A DNA stretch of 64,000 nt from Cyanophora paradoxa CCMP329 (GCA_004431415.1 QPMI01000039.1:248001-312000), one strand, 5' to 3'; counted from the stretch's first letter, positions 22,963-34,713 are shown. Notes: generated by a model from the letters alone, not told the origin. Made by a program: numbers and translations.

Positions 22963-23499
22963 TTATTCATTTGCATATGACTTAGGGTCTGATGCTTCTA
23001 TTCCATCAAAAAGTAGTTTAGTTCTACAAACTGAACACTTAAATGATTCATGTGATTCAAGTAAAGAGAAGTAACAATTAGGACAATAACGAGTATTGCA
23101 AACGATACACGCTTTATTATTAATGTTAGTGTCAATCTTTTCAAGACAGATAGGACATGTTTCATTCGGACTTTCAAAGTTATCTCTTGTGAATGACTTA
23201 ATAATGATATCTACGAACCATTTGGTGTTCTCAATATCAAGATATGGGACCAACATGTAGCGTTGTTTATATGAGAATGCAAAACGAATAGGTTGAAGAG
23301 CATTGTATCCTGCCCTTGCTTTCCATGCATCGAATACACCTTTATTCTTTCGGTTCTGTTGAATCAAGTATATAATCTGTTTCTTGTTTGCTTTCGTTAG
23401 AAATTTCGTATAATTCTTATCATTCATCTTATCTGTTGCATTGACTACGGGATATGGCGAAATCGATTCTATAAAACTCAATATTTCGGTTAGATTCAT
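22963..23499 (-). CDS. RING-finger protein (C-terminal RING)
   Basis: CPICL..CIVC..YCPNC..CSVCR. Confidence 0.8.
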   Translation of the reverse strand: MNLTEILSFIESISPYPVVNATDKMNDKNYTKFLTKANKKQIIYLIQQNRKNKGVFDAWKARAGYNALQPIRFAFSYKQRYMLVPYLDIENTKWFVDIIIKSFTRDNFESPNETCPICLEKIDTNINNKACIVCNTRYCPNCYFSLLESHESFKCSVCRTKLLFDGIEASDPKSYANE

Positions 23500-23539
23500 T
23501 TTGGCTGTGCTACTCTTTGTTACAATTTCTTTTATTCCC

Positions 23540-23820
23540 TTAGGATTTTACGATATAAAACACTCTTTTCAGAACTCCACCAAGTCTCACAACATGGGAT
23601 TTAATCCAAAAATGCGCTTAATCATAATTCCGACCGCTGTTTTTGAAATTGGAAAGTCTACAAGGTCTTGTATTTCAGCATGGATGTAATCAGAAGGTGT
23701 ATAATCACTGTCATAACATACCCTGTAACTATCCATTAAATATGCTTCCACATCTGACATGGTATATTGATACTCAGGAGTTTCGTCCATAACAATTTCA
23801 ATGTATTCGTCTTCATCCAT
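23540..23820 (-). CDS. Stand-alone D5-C-terminal-like winged-helix protein (copy 1, 1-bp frameshift)
   Basis: Same as the intact 93-aa copies at 28302 and 41089. Confidence 0.6.
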
Positions 23821-23974
23821 GTTACAATTTTATAGTTACACGTTACAATTTTTGTTACATGTTTGATGAATGATGTCCAAAAATTGACGCTTTCCAAACA
23901 TCCATAAAGTATATAAGGATTTGGGAAGTAAGATAAGTGAAAGGAATTTAATCTCTCCCATTTATAGAGGAATA

Positions 23975-24436
23975 ATGGTGAATACTCGGAAATCAAACCA
24001 AGAGCTTATCGCTATTCAGAAAGGCGAACCTGTCCCACAGGTTGAAAAGAAAACGACATTAACAGAGGAAGAACGGGAAGAAAAGGCAAGAATTAGAAGA
24101 GCAAAAGATGCGGAGAGGAAGCGTATTAAGTATCAGGAGATGAAACAACAGAGACTTGCAAATGGTGAGGAAACGATTAATCCGCCGGAAGTTTTGGAAA
24201 AGATGGCTTTGTATAGACAGCGTCGATATGCGGAGGATGAAGAGTTTAGAAACAAAAGGAAAGAGTTGACACGTAACTATCGGGAACGGAAACGCAATGG
24301 AAATGTTTCTAATAAGCAACAGACAGAGAAGAAGAACGGGAGACCCCGTAAATACAATGCTTATAATCCAGATGTATCATTGGAAAACATCGTGGTTATT
24401 CATCGTTTTTACAGATTGATATGCAGAACGTCTTAA
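23975..24436 (+). CDS. RKSNQ-family basic protein with GRPRKY; C-terminus altered by the duplication junction
   Basis: Identical to 28738-29166 up to ENIV. Confidence 0.65.
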   Translation: MVNTRKSNQELIAIQKGEPVPQVEKKTTLTEEEREEKARIRRAKDAERKRIKYQEMKQQRLANGEETINPPEVLEKMALYRQRRYAEDEEFRNKRKELTRNYRERKRNGNVSNKQQTEKKNGRPRKYNAYNPDVSLENIVVIHRFYRLICRTS

Positions 24437-25020
24437 ATATTGTCATTTTTGAATTGCATGATGGAAATGGTTTGGGTTCTCGATATTTGATCATAGATTT
24501 GTATAGGGTATATACCGATAAATAAAGGTTACAAAAAGGTTGAAGATGGGTTACTTTGAGTGTTTTTGGATGATAAGACCATTTCCAGAGTTGAAAAAGG
24601 TGGATTATTGCTATTTTGTTACTGCAATTTGAGGTTACTTTACTTTTCAGATTCTTTCTGAGAGAACCCCTGGGGGGTCTTTTTTATAGGTGAAGGTATA
24701 AAACTTGCGTAACCTCGTGACTTTCGTATCCTGATAGAGTTTATGGTCTCTTTTTTGTATTTTTTAAGGTAACTTTTATTTTTTTCATTCGTAACATCTG
24801 TAACCTTCTTATAAATACAATTATATATCTTCATTTATTTTATTGTTAATCATACTCGTCTTCAAAATGTGGAATCCAGAGAATCGTATATGAGATTTTC
24901 AATATATTACATGGTATGATTTTCTCTATTGTAGTTTAATTAGAGGTCGAATAATCATTACAAAACCATGATTTGTCAAAAATGGGTTTTTTGAAAAATA
25001 ACACATTGATTATGATTTGT

Positions 25021-26097
25021 CTATTTGTGGCTTTTTTTCATTAAACCGAGAAATTCTGTGATAGTTTCGCCTTGATACTGTCTTTTAATTAACTCAATCT
25101 TGAAAATCTTCCTGATCAAATATGCGATATCCCGTTTTTCGACATGGTCGCTTAGGTGATCATTCTTAATGTAATTCAGCCAATCATTGAAAACTTCATG
25201 ACAATAAAGTTTATCATCTGGTTTTCCTGACAATGTGTATCGTTTGTTGATAAAATCACACACGATTGTTTCGGTGTCTCTATCTAAACGAAATTTAACT
25301 TTTGAATAACCACGCTCGTAAGTTCTTGTTTTTCCCTTCCTTACAGCGTTTCTCGTATAAGTAGCACCTAACGACATCATAATGCTTTTAATCTGGTTAG
25401 AGGACATAACCAAACCACGATCTCTGCAATACTCAATAACCTCTCTCGATGTTAAAACATCCCGAGAATCCCATGTGAAATCAAACAAGGTTTTGAACTT
25501 TGAGCTATCATCACCTGTTGGTTCATCATCTTCAACTGTGATATCTCCTTGTGATTTAACGAGACCTTTGAAAACATAGAGCATCTCATCGTAAAACATC
25601 TGAGAAGTTGGATTTAAGCCATTGAATACTTGACGAACTCGATAGAGAATATCGGACTCATCGAGATTATTCATTTTCTTTGTTTCCTTTAACATTGCGA
25701 AAACATCATCAAGTAGCATATATTGAGGAGTGTATTTGCTCGAATCTCCGGTTAAAACATAGTTGTTTTCGAGGTATTCATCTATAATCTCATTCCAGTT
25801 GATATCCTCCTCATCAGTTCCCTCATTCAGATGCTGTTTGATCAATTGACGAATTCTCCCTTTTGCTGATCGCAACGAATCCAATTTATAGTATTCGCCT
25901 TCAAAACTCTCGAACTCTTTCTTACATAACTTCTCGATTAAGCGCGGATTGCTACAATAGATCCACTCATAAATGGAAAAGTTGGGTAAAGCTCGTGAGT
26001 ATTGAGAAATGAGATTACTTACCGAAACAGTTGAGACACCAATTTTATACTTATTAATCGCTTGAAATTCCGGAACTGATCCAATGTAAATCGCCAT
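25021..26097 (-). CDS. T5orf172 domain plus three winged-helix-like repeats (copy 2)
   Basis: Intact 358-aa ORF. Confidence 0.78.
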   Translation of the reverse strand: MAIYIGSVPEFQAINKYKIGVSTVSVSNLISQYSRALPNFSIYEWIYCSNPRLIEKLCKKEFESFEGEYYKLDSLRSAKGRIRQLIKQHLNEGTDEEDINWNEIIDEYLENNYVLTGDSSKYTPQYMLLDDVFAMLKETKKMNNLDESDILYRVRQVFNGLNPTSQMFYDEMLYVFKGLVKSQGDITVEDDEPTGDDSSKFKTLFDFTWDSRDVLTSREVIEYCRDRGLVMSSNQIKSIMMSLGATYTRNAVRKGKTRTYERGYSKVKFRLDRDTETIVCDFINKRYTLSGKPDDKLYCHEVFNDWLNYIKNDHLSDHVEKRDIAYLIRKIFKIELIKRQYQGETITEFLGLMKKSHK

Positions 26098-26186
26098 TAT
26101 GTCGCTTACTTATATATGTGACTTGTCTTATCTTTAAGTGGTTTTCTTTGGGAAATGATCTCAAACACACTTCACAGTGTCTCTTT

Positions 26187-26492
26187 TTAGAGTATTAAAT
26201 TCCCTTCTTTATCGTATTGATCATTTAACCACGTCTTTATAATGAGTTCTATACATGATCGTGCGGCTTCCAATGACTCAAAAATAAAGAAATCGCCTTC
26301 ATGCTCATAAAGATCGCATAGATGCTTCTTTACTAAACGTGGGTTGCTACATTTGAACCACCCATAGATTGAAAACGCCTTCGATGATTGCTTATTAATA
26401 ACATCATTTACTGAATCGGTTGATGATAACCCGATCTTGTATGTCTTGTAATCAACCAACTCAGGTGTTGATCCGATATACAGAATATTCAT
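26187..26492 (-). CDS. Stand-alone T5orf172-like protein (copy 2)
   Basis: Identical to 21422-21727. Confidence 0.72.
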   Translation of the reverse strand: MNILYIGSTPELVDYKTYKIGLSSTDSVNDVINKQSSKAFSIYGWFKCSNPRLVKKHLCDLYEHEGDFFIFESLEAARSCIELIIKTWLNDQYDKEGNLIL

Positions 26493-26596
26493 ATTATGAT
26501 TCTTTTATAATCAATGTCGCTTTCTTCTTAAATCATCGTAGAAGTATCTTATAGATTTAAGGATGAAACGTATATATATATGAAAGTGAAACTACA

Positions 26597-26919
26597 ATGC
26601 CTCGTAAATCGAATCAGCAATTGATGGCGGAACAGAGAGGTGAAGTTTATATTATGCCTTGCAAGGTGACACCTGAAATACTCCTTTTGAGACGTGAAAA
26701 GCATAGAGAATATAATCGCAAATATAACGAAAAGGTCAAACAAAAACGAATCGAAGATGGCGAGCCAACTATCACGCCTCCGAATAGAATCGCAAATAGT
26801 AGCCGATACCAAATGCAACGATACTGGAAGACGAAGAGTTTCGCATTCGAGTTCGTGAGAGATCACGAGAATATCAGAAAAATAAGAGAAGCACTAAATG
26901 TGTTAATGAAGAAAACTAA
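26597..26919 (+). CDS. RKSNQ-family basic protein (copy 2, 1-bp frameshift at ~26827)
   Basis: GG versus GGG relative to the other copies. Confidence 0.65.
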
Positions 26920-27027
26920 AAGTTCGTTTTTGTATTCCATGTTTTTTTGTCTTCATGGTGTGTGAAAAGCGTGTAGCAGAAAGAAAAAAGACTTAAAAAT
27001 GACGCGTTACAGGAGAGGTAGGATTCA

Positions 27028-27348
27028 ATGACGGCGTGTGCAAATTTCTCTGCTCACCTTCACGAATTGGGTGTTGATTTTACAGACCTTTACTCAGAAA
27101 AACGAGATGAGATATTGAAGAAAACATTTGAAGCACGAGCAAGGTGTGAAGGATATAAACCAAGTCAGATACCGTCTAAATTAAAACGTATACTTGAAGA
27201 GAAAGCTATCTCCTCAATGACAAAAACATTTGAGAGTTTTGACCACGATGTTAGACATAGCGGTAACCGCTTACAGTTGAAACTAAGAAAGAAGATTGAC
27301 AAGCGAAACGAGGCGATAGTTCTAAGTTATCTTCTCGGTTTAATTTAG
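27028..27348 (+). CDS. Hypothetical protein (copy 2)
   Basis: Identical to 22264-22584. Confidence 0.65.
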   Translation: MTACANFSAHLHELGVDFTDLYSEKRDEILKKTFEARARCEGYKPSQIPSKLKRILEEKAISSMTKTFESFDHDVRHSGNRLQLKLRKKIDKRNEAIVLSYLLGLI

Positions 27349-27724
27349 GATTATTTCCAAAAAACAATAATTACGTGAATTACTGTATTACTTCTCTTTT
27401 TTAAACCTGCCTTTCAATAACAGGTTACTGATGGTTGAATGATGGGTTACTTTAAGGGTTTTTGGTTGATAAGACCATTTTCAGAGTTGAAACAATCAAA
27501 AACTCTGCTATTTTGTTACTGCGAGTTGCGGTTACCTAACTTTTCAAATTCTTTCTGAGAGAACTCCTGGGGTCTTTTTTATAGGTGAAGGTATAAAACA
27601 TGCGTAACCTCGTGACTTTCGTATCCTGATAGAGTTTATGGTCTCTTTTTTGTATTTTTTAAGGTAACTTTTCTTTTTTCATTCGTAACATCTGTAACCT
27701 TCTTCAATAATCCAACTGTTCTCT

Positions 27725-28261
27725 TTATTCATTTGCATATGACTTAGGGTCTGATGCTTCTATTCCATCAAAAAGTAGTTTAGTTCTACAAACTGAACAC
27801 TTAAATGATTCATGTGATTCAAGTAAAGAGAAGTAACAATTAGGACAATAACGAGTATTGCAAACGATACACGCTTTATTATTAATGTTAGTGTCAATCT
27901 TTTCAAGACAGATAGGACATGTTTCATTCGGACTTTCAAAGTTATCTCTTGTGAATGACTTAATAATGATATCTACGAACCATTTGGTGTTCTCAATATC
28001 AAGATATGGGACCAACATGTAGCGTTGTTTATATGAGAATGCAAAACGAATAGGTTGAAGAGCATTGTATCCTGCCCTTGCTTTCCATGCATCGAATACA
28101 CCTTTATTCTTTCGGTTCTGTTGAATCAAGTATATAATCTGTTTCTTGTTTGCTTTCGTTAGAAATTTCGTATAATTCTTATCATTCATCTTATCTGTTG
28201 CATTGACTACGGGATATGGCGAAATCGATTCTATAAAACTCAATATTTCGGTTAGATTCAT
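27725..28261 (-). CDS. RING-finger protein (copy 2)
   Basis: Identical to 22963-23499. Confidence 0.8.
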   Translation of the reverse strand: MNLTEILSFIESISPYPVVNATDKMNDKNYTKFLTKANKKQIIYLIQQNRKNKGVFDAWKARAGYNALQPIRFAFSYKQRYMLVPYLDIENTKWFVDIIIKSFTRDNFESPNETCPICLEKIDTNINNKACIVCNTRYCPNCYFSLLESHESFKCSVCRTKLLFDGIEASDPKSYANE

Positions 28262-28301
28262 TTTGGCTGTGCTACTCTTTGTTACAATTTCTTTTATTCC
28301 C

Positions 28302-28583
28302 TTAGGATTTTACGATATAAAACACTCTTTTCAGAACTCCACCAAGTCTCACAACATGGGATTTAATCCCAAAAATGCGCTTAATCATAATTCCGACCGC
28401 TGTTTTTGAAATTGGAAAGTCTACAAGGTCTTGTATTTCAGCATGGATGTAATCAGAAGGTGTATAATCACTGTCATAACATACCCTGTAACTATCCATT
28501 AAATATGCTTCCACATCTGACATGGTATATTGATACTCAGGAGTTTCGTCCATAACAATTTCAATGTATTCGTCTTCATCCAT
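28302..28583 (-). CDS. Stand-alone D5-C-terminal-like winged-helix protein
   Basis: YLMDSY...ISKTAVGIMIKRIFGIKSHVVRLGGVLKRVF aligns with the helicase tail FLRDNY...ITGRAVSNKVMEVFKIGSTVKKIGGKSKRVY. Confidence 0.68.
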   Translation of the reverse strand: MDEDEYIEIVMDETPEYQYTMSDVEAYLMDSYRVCYDSDYTPSDYIHAEIQDLVDFPISKTAVGIMIKRIFGIKSHVVRLGGVLKRVFYIVKS

Positions 28584-28737
28584 GTTACAATTTTATAGTT
28601 ACACGTTACAATTTTTGTTACATGTTTGATGAATGATGTCCAAAAATTGACGCTTTCCAAACATCCATAAAGTATATAAGGATTTGGGAAGTAAGATAAG
28701 TGAAAGGAATTTAATCTCTCCCATTTATAGAGGAATA

Positions 28738-29166
28738 ATGGTGAATACTCGGAAATCAAACCAAGAGCTTATCGCTATTCAGAAAGGCGAACCTGTCCCA
28801 CAGGTTGAAAAGAAAACGACATTAACAGAGGAAGAACGGGAAGAAAAGGCAAGAATTAGAAGAGCAAAAGATGCGGAGAGGAAGCGTATTAAGTATCAGG
28901 AGATGAAACAACAGAGACTTGCAAATGGTGAGGAAACGATTAATCCGCCGGAAGTTTTGGAAAAGATGGCTTTGTATAGACAGCGTCGATATGCGGAGGA
29001 TGAAGAGTTTAGAAACAAAAGGAAAGAGTTGACACGTAACTATCGGGAACGGAAACGCAATGGAAATGTTTCTAATAAGCAACAGACAGAGAAGAAGAAC
29101 GGGAGACCCCGTAAATACAATGCTTATAATCCAGATGTATCATTGGAAAACATCGTAGCGAATTGA
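28738..29166 (+). CDS. RKSNQ-family basic protein with AT-hook-like GRPRKY
   Basis: Start MVNTRKSNQ; RYAEDEEFR motif shared with 21832. Confidence 0.7.
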   Translation: MVNTRKSNQELIAIQKGEPVPQVEKKTTLTEEEREEKARIRRAKDAERKRIKYQEMKQQRLANGEETINPPEVLEKMALYRQRRYAEDEEFRNKRKELTRNYRERKRNGNVSNKQQTEKKNGRPRKYNAYNPDVSLENIVAN

Positions 29167-29184
29167 TCAATAAGAGGTGAAAAA

Positions 29185-32100
29185 ATGACGCTTTACTTTC
29201 TCTTTTTTTATAACCTAAGGCAAATCATTAAAGTGCCGTGGGCAACCGAAAAGCATTTAAGGAAGAAGCAAATAGATAAGGTAATGGGATTCAGAAATCT
29301 TCATATTAATTTCTCTGAGAAAGGTAAGAACCAATCGCTGAAAATGAACGCTAACACGAAAATCGCAACTCCCTGTGAGAGACTCGGTGACCTACGCAAA
29401 TTTACAGGTGAGAAACATAATTGGGGTTCTTTCCTCCATTGTCTCACTCCGAATACTGACAGCGAGACTGTCATGGAGTATTTCGACCATCAGATTACGG
29501 AAAGGATTAATGATGATTTGAAGAAAGGCAAAAAACCGACCTACGCCGAATGCATTCAGCCGAACGAAATCACCCGTGTCTATCTGGATTATGACGGTTA
29601 CGTGGATCTTAAACCGAATGTTGCCGATAACTACAAGGAAGCCGATGAATTCATCCGTGAAATGCGCAAGAGACTACACGAACTCACCGGTGCTACCATT
29701 GCTGTTTCTGTGCGTCATCGTTCTGTTTATTTCGTTAAGGAAGAAGTGACCCAATTTAAGGTATCGGGGCATTTCGTCTTTACCGATCTGTGCTGTCGTC
29801 ATGAAGACATCCCGAAATTCTTAAATGTAATCGGACTTACGCCAAATGTCGATTATGACCCGCTCGTTTATAAGACAAGGCAGGCGCTTGTTTGTCTGGT
29901 AGTTGCAAGGGTAAATGGTTGGATTCCCAAAACAAAACTAAACGCGATGTTGATAAGGATGTAGTATTTACCAAGTTTGTGGATTGCGAAAGCATGTATG
30001 ACAGCGACTTTTTCGCGCAATTCACCGATTGCCCCACTGTGCTTATCGATGAATCAAACATGTATATGTTTGATGCTAACCTAACCCAAGATGAGAAAAA
30101 CGAACGGTCGGCAAAGGCGAAAGTTGCAGAAGAGCAGATGAAGGAGGAAGGCAAGACTGAAACCAAGAAGGAGACCGCAACCACGACCAAGAAGGAGACG
30201 ACCAAGACAACCAAGAAGGAGACGGCGACGACAAGCAAAAAAACAACAAAGAAAACGGAGAGTGAAGAGCAGCCGGAGGAGTCCAATAACGTTTCATTTG
30301 AGAAACTGAGAGAAGTCGTGATGGGTCTCAGTGCTGAAAGATCGGATACATACGAAGGTTGGCTTAATGTTGGTTTCGCAATCGCAAATGTTGGAGAGGA
30401 AAACAAGATACCACCCACGAAACAGGAGGCGCTGTTTCACGAATACTCAGAGAAAAGCCCGAAGTATGATTACGACGAAACCGCGAGCAAATGGATGAGT
30501 ATCCGCAAAGGCAAAAAATCCGGTTCTGAAAACAAAAGTATAACTTTCGGGTCACTTGTGCATTATCTGAAAGAGGATAACCCGGACAAGTATTACGAAC
30601 TGTTTAAACGAAGCCGACAGTTTGCATTTATCGATGAGGAGGCGTGTATGGATGAGAATGACTATTCCGATGTTAGCGCCATGAATGATAAGATGGCTCA
30701 AATCAAATTAGAGATGGATAAGACGCTATTAAGTCAAGGTCTCCAACTTCCTGTTAGCAAGATCTGTAAAGCATTAATTGGCTACAAAGTGCGGTTTTCG
30801 CGCGGTCTGTGGTTGATCCTGAATGAGAAAACCGGATTTTGGAAGGTAGACAATGCATACGATGGTGGTATGATAAGACTTATCGGTGAGGTGGTCGGGA
30901 AAGCATACTTAGACCGTGGTAACTATTGGACATGCAAGGCAGCAAAGGCGGAGGATCAGAGCGATAAAAAAGAGTTTGCCGCAAGGGCAGCCGCCTGTGC
31001 GAAAATTGCAGCGAAACTTAACAGTGGAGGATACGCAAAGGGACTTCTTCCATATCTCTCTGATTACCTTTACGATGAGACCTTCGCTGATAGGTTGGAT
31101 TCAGTCCCAAATATTGTCGGCTTTAACGATGGGGTTTATGATTTGAACACATTTGAGTTCCGTAATGGTCGGTCTTCTGATATGATGACTAAGACGGTCG
31201 GTTATAATTATAACACTCCTGTGGATCCTAAGAAGGTCGAACGACTCAATGACTTCTATATAGATATCACAGGTGACAGGGAGGAGCTCGCAAGATACAT
31301 TAAGGCCGTTTATGCCAAGTCTCTTACAGGTCAAAATAACATGCAGTTTTTCTACATGTTTACGGGTATCGGCTCGAACGGAAAGAGCGTAAGCGAAAAT
31401 TTCATGCATAAGACATTTGGCGATTACTCGCGAAATATGAGCATTGGGATTTTCACAAAGGAGGATAAAGGTAATGGAATGATTCCGGAACTTGCGAATA
31501 AGCAAGGTGTTAGGCTCGTCCATACAAACGAACCAAACACGGGCAGCAAACTGTTGGCTGGACAAATCAAGAATTTCACAGGTGGTGATGAGATTACGAC
31601 ACGAACCCTTTTCAAAGAACCCATTTCATTTAATCCGATGTTTGTTATCATCATTCTTTGTAATAACAATCTTGAATTGGACCAGCCCGATAACGCGATA
31701 GCTCGCCGTTTCCGTTCTGTTCCGTTTCAGCAGATTTATGCCGTTGAACCCAAGCCTGGACAGAAGAAAGCGGACAAAGACCTTATTGGCTTGCTGAATC
31801 CCGAGAATGACGTAAACGGTGAATGGCGCAGGGCAAACATGGAGATTCTCATAGATATGCTTAAAAATCATGATGTCAAGCATATTCTCGACCATCCACC
31901 TAAATGCATCCTTGAACATTCCGCTAATTATCTTGCCGATAGCGACCGCATCGGCACATTCCTAAGGGATAACTACGCTTTGGCAAATGATAGCACGAAA
32001 TACATAATTTGCGATGATCTGTTTAAGGATTGCGCCAATACCATGCGTGATGTCGATAGAAGAACGCAAATAACGGGACGCGCTGTAAGCAATAAGGTGA

Positions 32101-32222
32101 TGGAGGTGTTTAAGATTGGCTCAACAGTTAAAAAGATAGGTGGGAAATCAAAGCGTGTCTATCTCAATCTCACAAAAGTTCACGCTAATGATTTCGAAGA
32201 CGACGACGAAGATGTAGAGTAA
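29185..32222 (+). CDS. AEP primase-polymerase / PriCT-2 / D5-like SF3 helicase (left copy, 1-bp frameshift at ~29898)
   Basis: YLDYDG, SGHF, DPLVY; YEGWLNVGFAI; GFNDGVYDL; Walker A GIGSNGKS; intact in the right arm. Confidence 0.92.
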
Positions 32223-32289
32223 AACCGTTTGGAAAATATACTATTCATATCTTTTTTATCATTATGAACCATAAGATTGGTTCTTAATT

Positions 32290-32584
32290 GAAGGTTACTA
32301 CGATCAAATGCGAGTTACATTTAGTGGTTGCTTTGCGTTCCCGTTTCTCTCTTACCTTTTTCAGTGTGGAAATCCCTAATCTCTGTATTATCAGCTGGCG
32401 TGAGTTGCGGTTACTTAACTTTTCAAATTCTTTCTGAGAGAACTCCTGGGGGGGTCTTTTTTTAGGTGAAGGTATAAAACATGCGTAACCTCGTGACTTT
32501 CGTATCCTGATAGAGTTTATGGTCTCTTTTTTGTATTTTTTAAGGTAACCTTTCTTTTTCATTCGTAACCTCTGTAACCTTCTT
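32290..32584. repeat. Iteron-like module C directly downstream of the primase-helicase (copy at ~37088-37382); candidate origin
   Basis: AAGGTTAC...GTAACCTT boundaries; same core as modules A and B. Confidence 0.7.
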
Positions 32585-32713
32585 ATATATACATAATTAT
32601 CATTTGTTTCTTATTTTTCTCATTGTCGCCGTTATTAAAATGTAGGTAAGACATCGTAAAATCTGAAAAAAATGACATGTTAAATACATATAAGGTTGTG
32701 GTGATATATTCAT

Positions 32714-32965
32714 TTGACAATTAAGATGACTTGCAAACTCCCCGAACGCATCGACATGGGTGAATATCTCATTAAAGACCTTCCGGAAGAAATTAAACCT
32801 CTTGCTCGCAAAATGGACTTACAAGGAATTCAAGAATACTATGAGAGAACTTACCCGGATTTATTCAAGAAAAAGCGACGTGTAGAATCATCAAAGGTCG
32901 AACCATCAGAAAGTATCACTATTCAGGTGCCAAAAGGTGTTAAGGTCAAAATTCAAAGAATCTAA
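32714..32965 (+). CDS. Hypothetical protein
   Basis: 83-aa ORF; mirror copy at 36706. Confidence 0.6.
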   Translation: MTIKMTCKLPERIDMGEYLIKDLPEEIKPLARKMDLQGIQEYYERTYPDLFKKKRRVESSKVEPSESITIQVPKGVKVKIQRI

Positions 32966-32998
32966 CACGCTTTACAAGAAAAAAACATATATAACACA

Positions 32999-33340
32999 TT
33001 GTTAATAGATACGAAAGAACATTTGATAATGAAGCGATTCTTTACTATCAGAGAGCATGAAGCTATTCATTTTTCTATGCGGTTTTTTGAGAATCCAGAA
33101 AACAGATGTATGGATAAATTCGAAGACTTCTGTAAAGAATTTACCCAAATCGCTTATGGTAACACCAAATTATGTAATCCATCAAGAAACCAATTGTTAA
33201 AAGACCATTTCCAAACAATGCTTTTATCATTTGATGCAGATAACTCAAAGAATCATAAAACAGTCACAGGTTCTATAAGGGAGCGTCTCCAAGACAAATT
33301 AGCAAAACGTAGAATATCACAATGTGTAACCTGTTCTTAA
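32999..33340 (+). CDS. Hypothetical protein (ENRxxDKF...RERLQDKL family)
   Basis: Paralogue of core ORF 34375-34713. Confidence 0.68.
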   Translation: MLIDTKEHLIMKRFFTIREHEAIHFSMRFFENPENRCMDKFEDFCKEFTQIAYGNTKLCNPSRNQLLKDHFQTMLLSFDADNSKNHKTVTGSIRERLQDKLAKRRISQCVTCS

Positions 33341-33389
33341 AAAGCATTTAAAGACGTCTTAACTCTTATAATAAAACGAATCATCAGAG

Positions 33390-34121
33390 ATGGATTGTGT
33401 CATTTGTTTGAACAAGCTGAACCCAAAGAAGGTTACCAAACTCGAATGCGGTCACAAATTCTGTAAGAAGTGTTTTGATGATTGGGATAAAGCGAATGTA
33501 TCACGCTACGATCTCCTACCAATCTGTAAAGGCAAACCGTTTTGTGATTCAGATGACGCTTTCCTAATCAATCTTTCTCTATCGAAATCATGGGTAAGTT
33601 GTCCTCTCTGTAAACAAGATCACACTTATATGAATTGGGAGACTTTCCATGGTAAGAAGAAGAAACCCGTTTTAAAGAAAGTGATATGTAAGATTTGGTT
33701 CGCTAAGGAGGACTGCGGAGATGTAGACGCTTGTGATCTTATCACAGATCAGAGACATTTAATAAAGTATATACCACTGAGCGATAGGAAATTAATGAAA
33801 GAGGGGAAAGATCCAAAATACGACCATTCGTATAATGTGATTACCTATTTTGAGAAATGCATAGCTGAACACGTAACAGACATACACATGAATAATTGTA
33901 TGTGTAATGATAAGAAATGTAGCAAAATATTCCCTGTGTCTGCGAAAGAGTGCAATTGTCTTAATCATACAACCCCTTGGGATTTCGAGAATTGGCTAAA
34001 AACATTTAATCCCGACTCGAAAGATTGGATGGATAGAATGACATTCTATAACAAAACTAAATATCACATCTCTACGGGTCAATTGAGAATGCGAACGCGT
34101 GAGAACACCGCAAATTCATAA
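33390..34121 (+). CDS. N-terminal C3HC4 RING protein (putative E3 ligase), allele A
   Basis: CVIC..LECGHKFCKKC...CPLCK. Confidence 0.82.
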   Translation: MDCVICLNKLNPKKVTKLECGHKFCKKCFDDWDKANVSRYDLLPICKGKPFCDSDDAFLINLSLSKSWVSCPLCKQDHTYMNWETFHGKKKKPVLKKVICKIWFAKEDCGDVDACDLITDQRHLIKYIPLSDRKLMKEGKDPKYDHSYNVITYFEKCIAEHVTDIHMNNCMCNDKKCSKIFPVSAKECNCLNHTTPWDFENWLKTFNPDSKDWMDRMTFYNKTKYHISTGQLRMRTRENTANS

Positions 34122-34374
34122 CATGTCCCTCTTTCAAACGCACTTTAATATGGGTCTTTTTTTCAAACCTTCACATGAACGTGTAGTTTTGCTTCACACA
34201 ATCGTGTAGGTTTTCGTATTGGTCTATGTCGTGGAATGATTCAAGAAATAACGTTTTTCACAATTAACATCTTTCACAACCCGATGATACAATCAAGAAA
34301 TACTCGATTGAATCCATAAAAAACACCAAACCATAACTACACATAAACCATTCAGTGTTACACTTTCCCGGGAA

Positions 34375-34713
34375 TTACATAACATTCTGTTCATCATTTG
34401 TTAAACTCTTTGCCTTTGCGCGATCCGCTAATTTCTTCTGTAATCTTCCACGGACAGGTTCCGCAAAACCGTATTGTCCATCTTCCCATTGCATTATAAT
34501 ATTGATAAACCTCTGCCGGATCGATTCTTTAACAGAAGGGTTAAATTTCCTACCATTGTTTCCTCCATAATGTTGAATGATTCCCTCATAAAACTCATCG
34601 AATTTATCTAATCTTCTATTCTCTTCTTTTGAGAGGAAAGTTTCCATAAATCTATGCGATTGTATAACATTGCGTCCGGTTTGTTTGGAACACTTCCCGT
34701 TCATCCTTTTCAT
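34375..34713 (-). CDS. Unique-core hypothetical protein, paralogue of 32999
   Basis: ENRRLDKFDEF..NPS..VRGRLQKKLADR; AAAATTGA ~30 nt upstream. Confidence 0.68.
   Translation of the reverse strand: MKRMNGKCSKQTGRNVIQSHRFMETFLSKEENRRLDKFDEFYEGIIQHYGGNNGRKFNPSVKESIRQRFINIIMQWEDGQYGFAEPVRGRLQKKLADRAKAKSLTNDEQNVM

Larger units (their letters stand above)
19632..29156 (+). repeat. 4.76-kb direct tandem duplication in the left arm (19632-24393 and 24394-29156)
   Basis: Same seven genes twice; junction GGAAAACATCGT|GGTTATTCATCG; accounts for the length difference between the arms. Confidence 0.92.
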
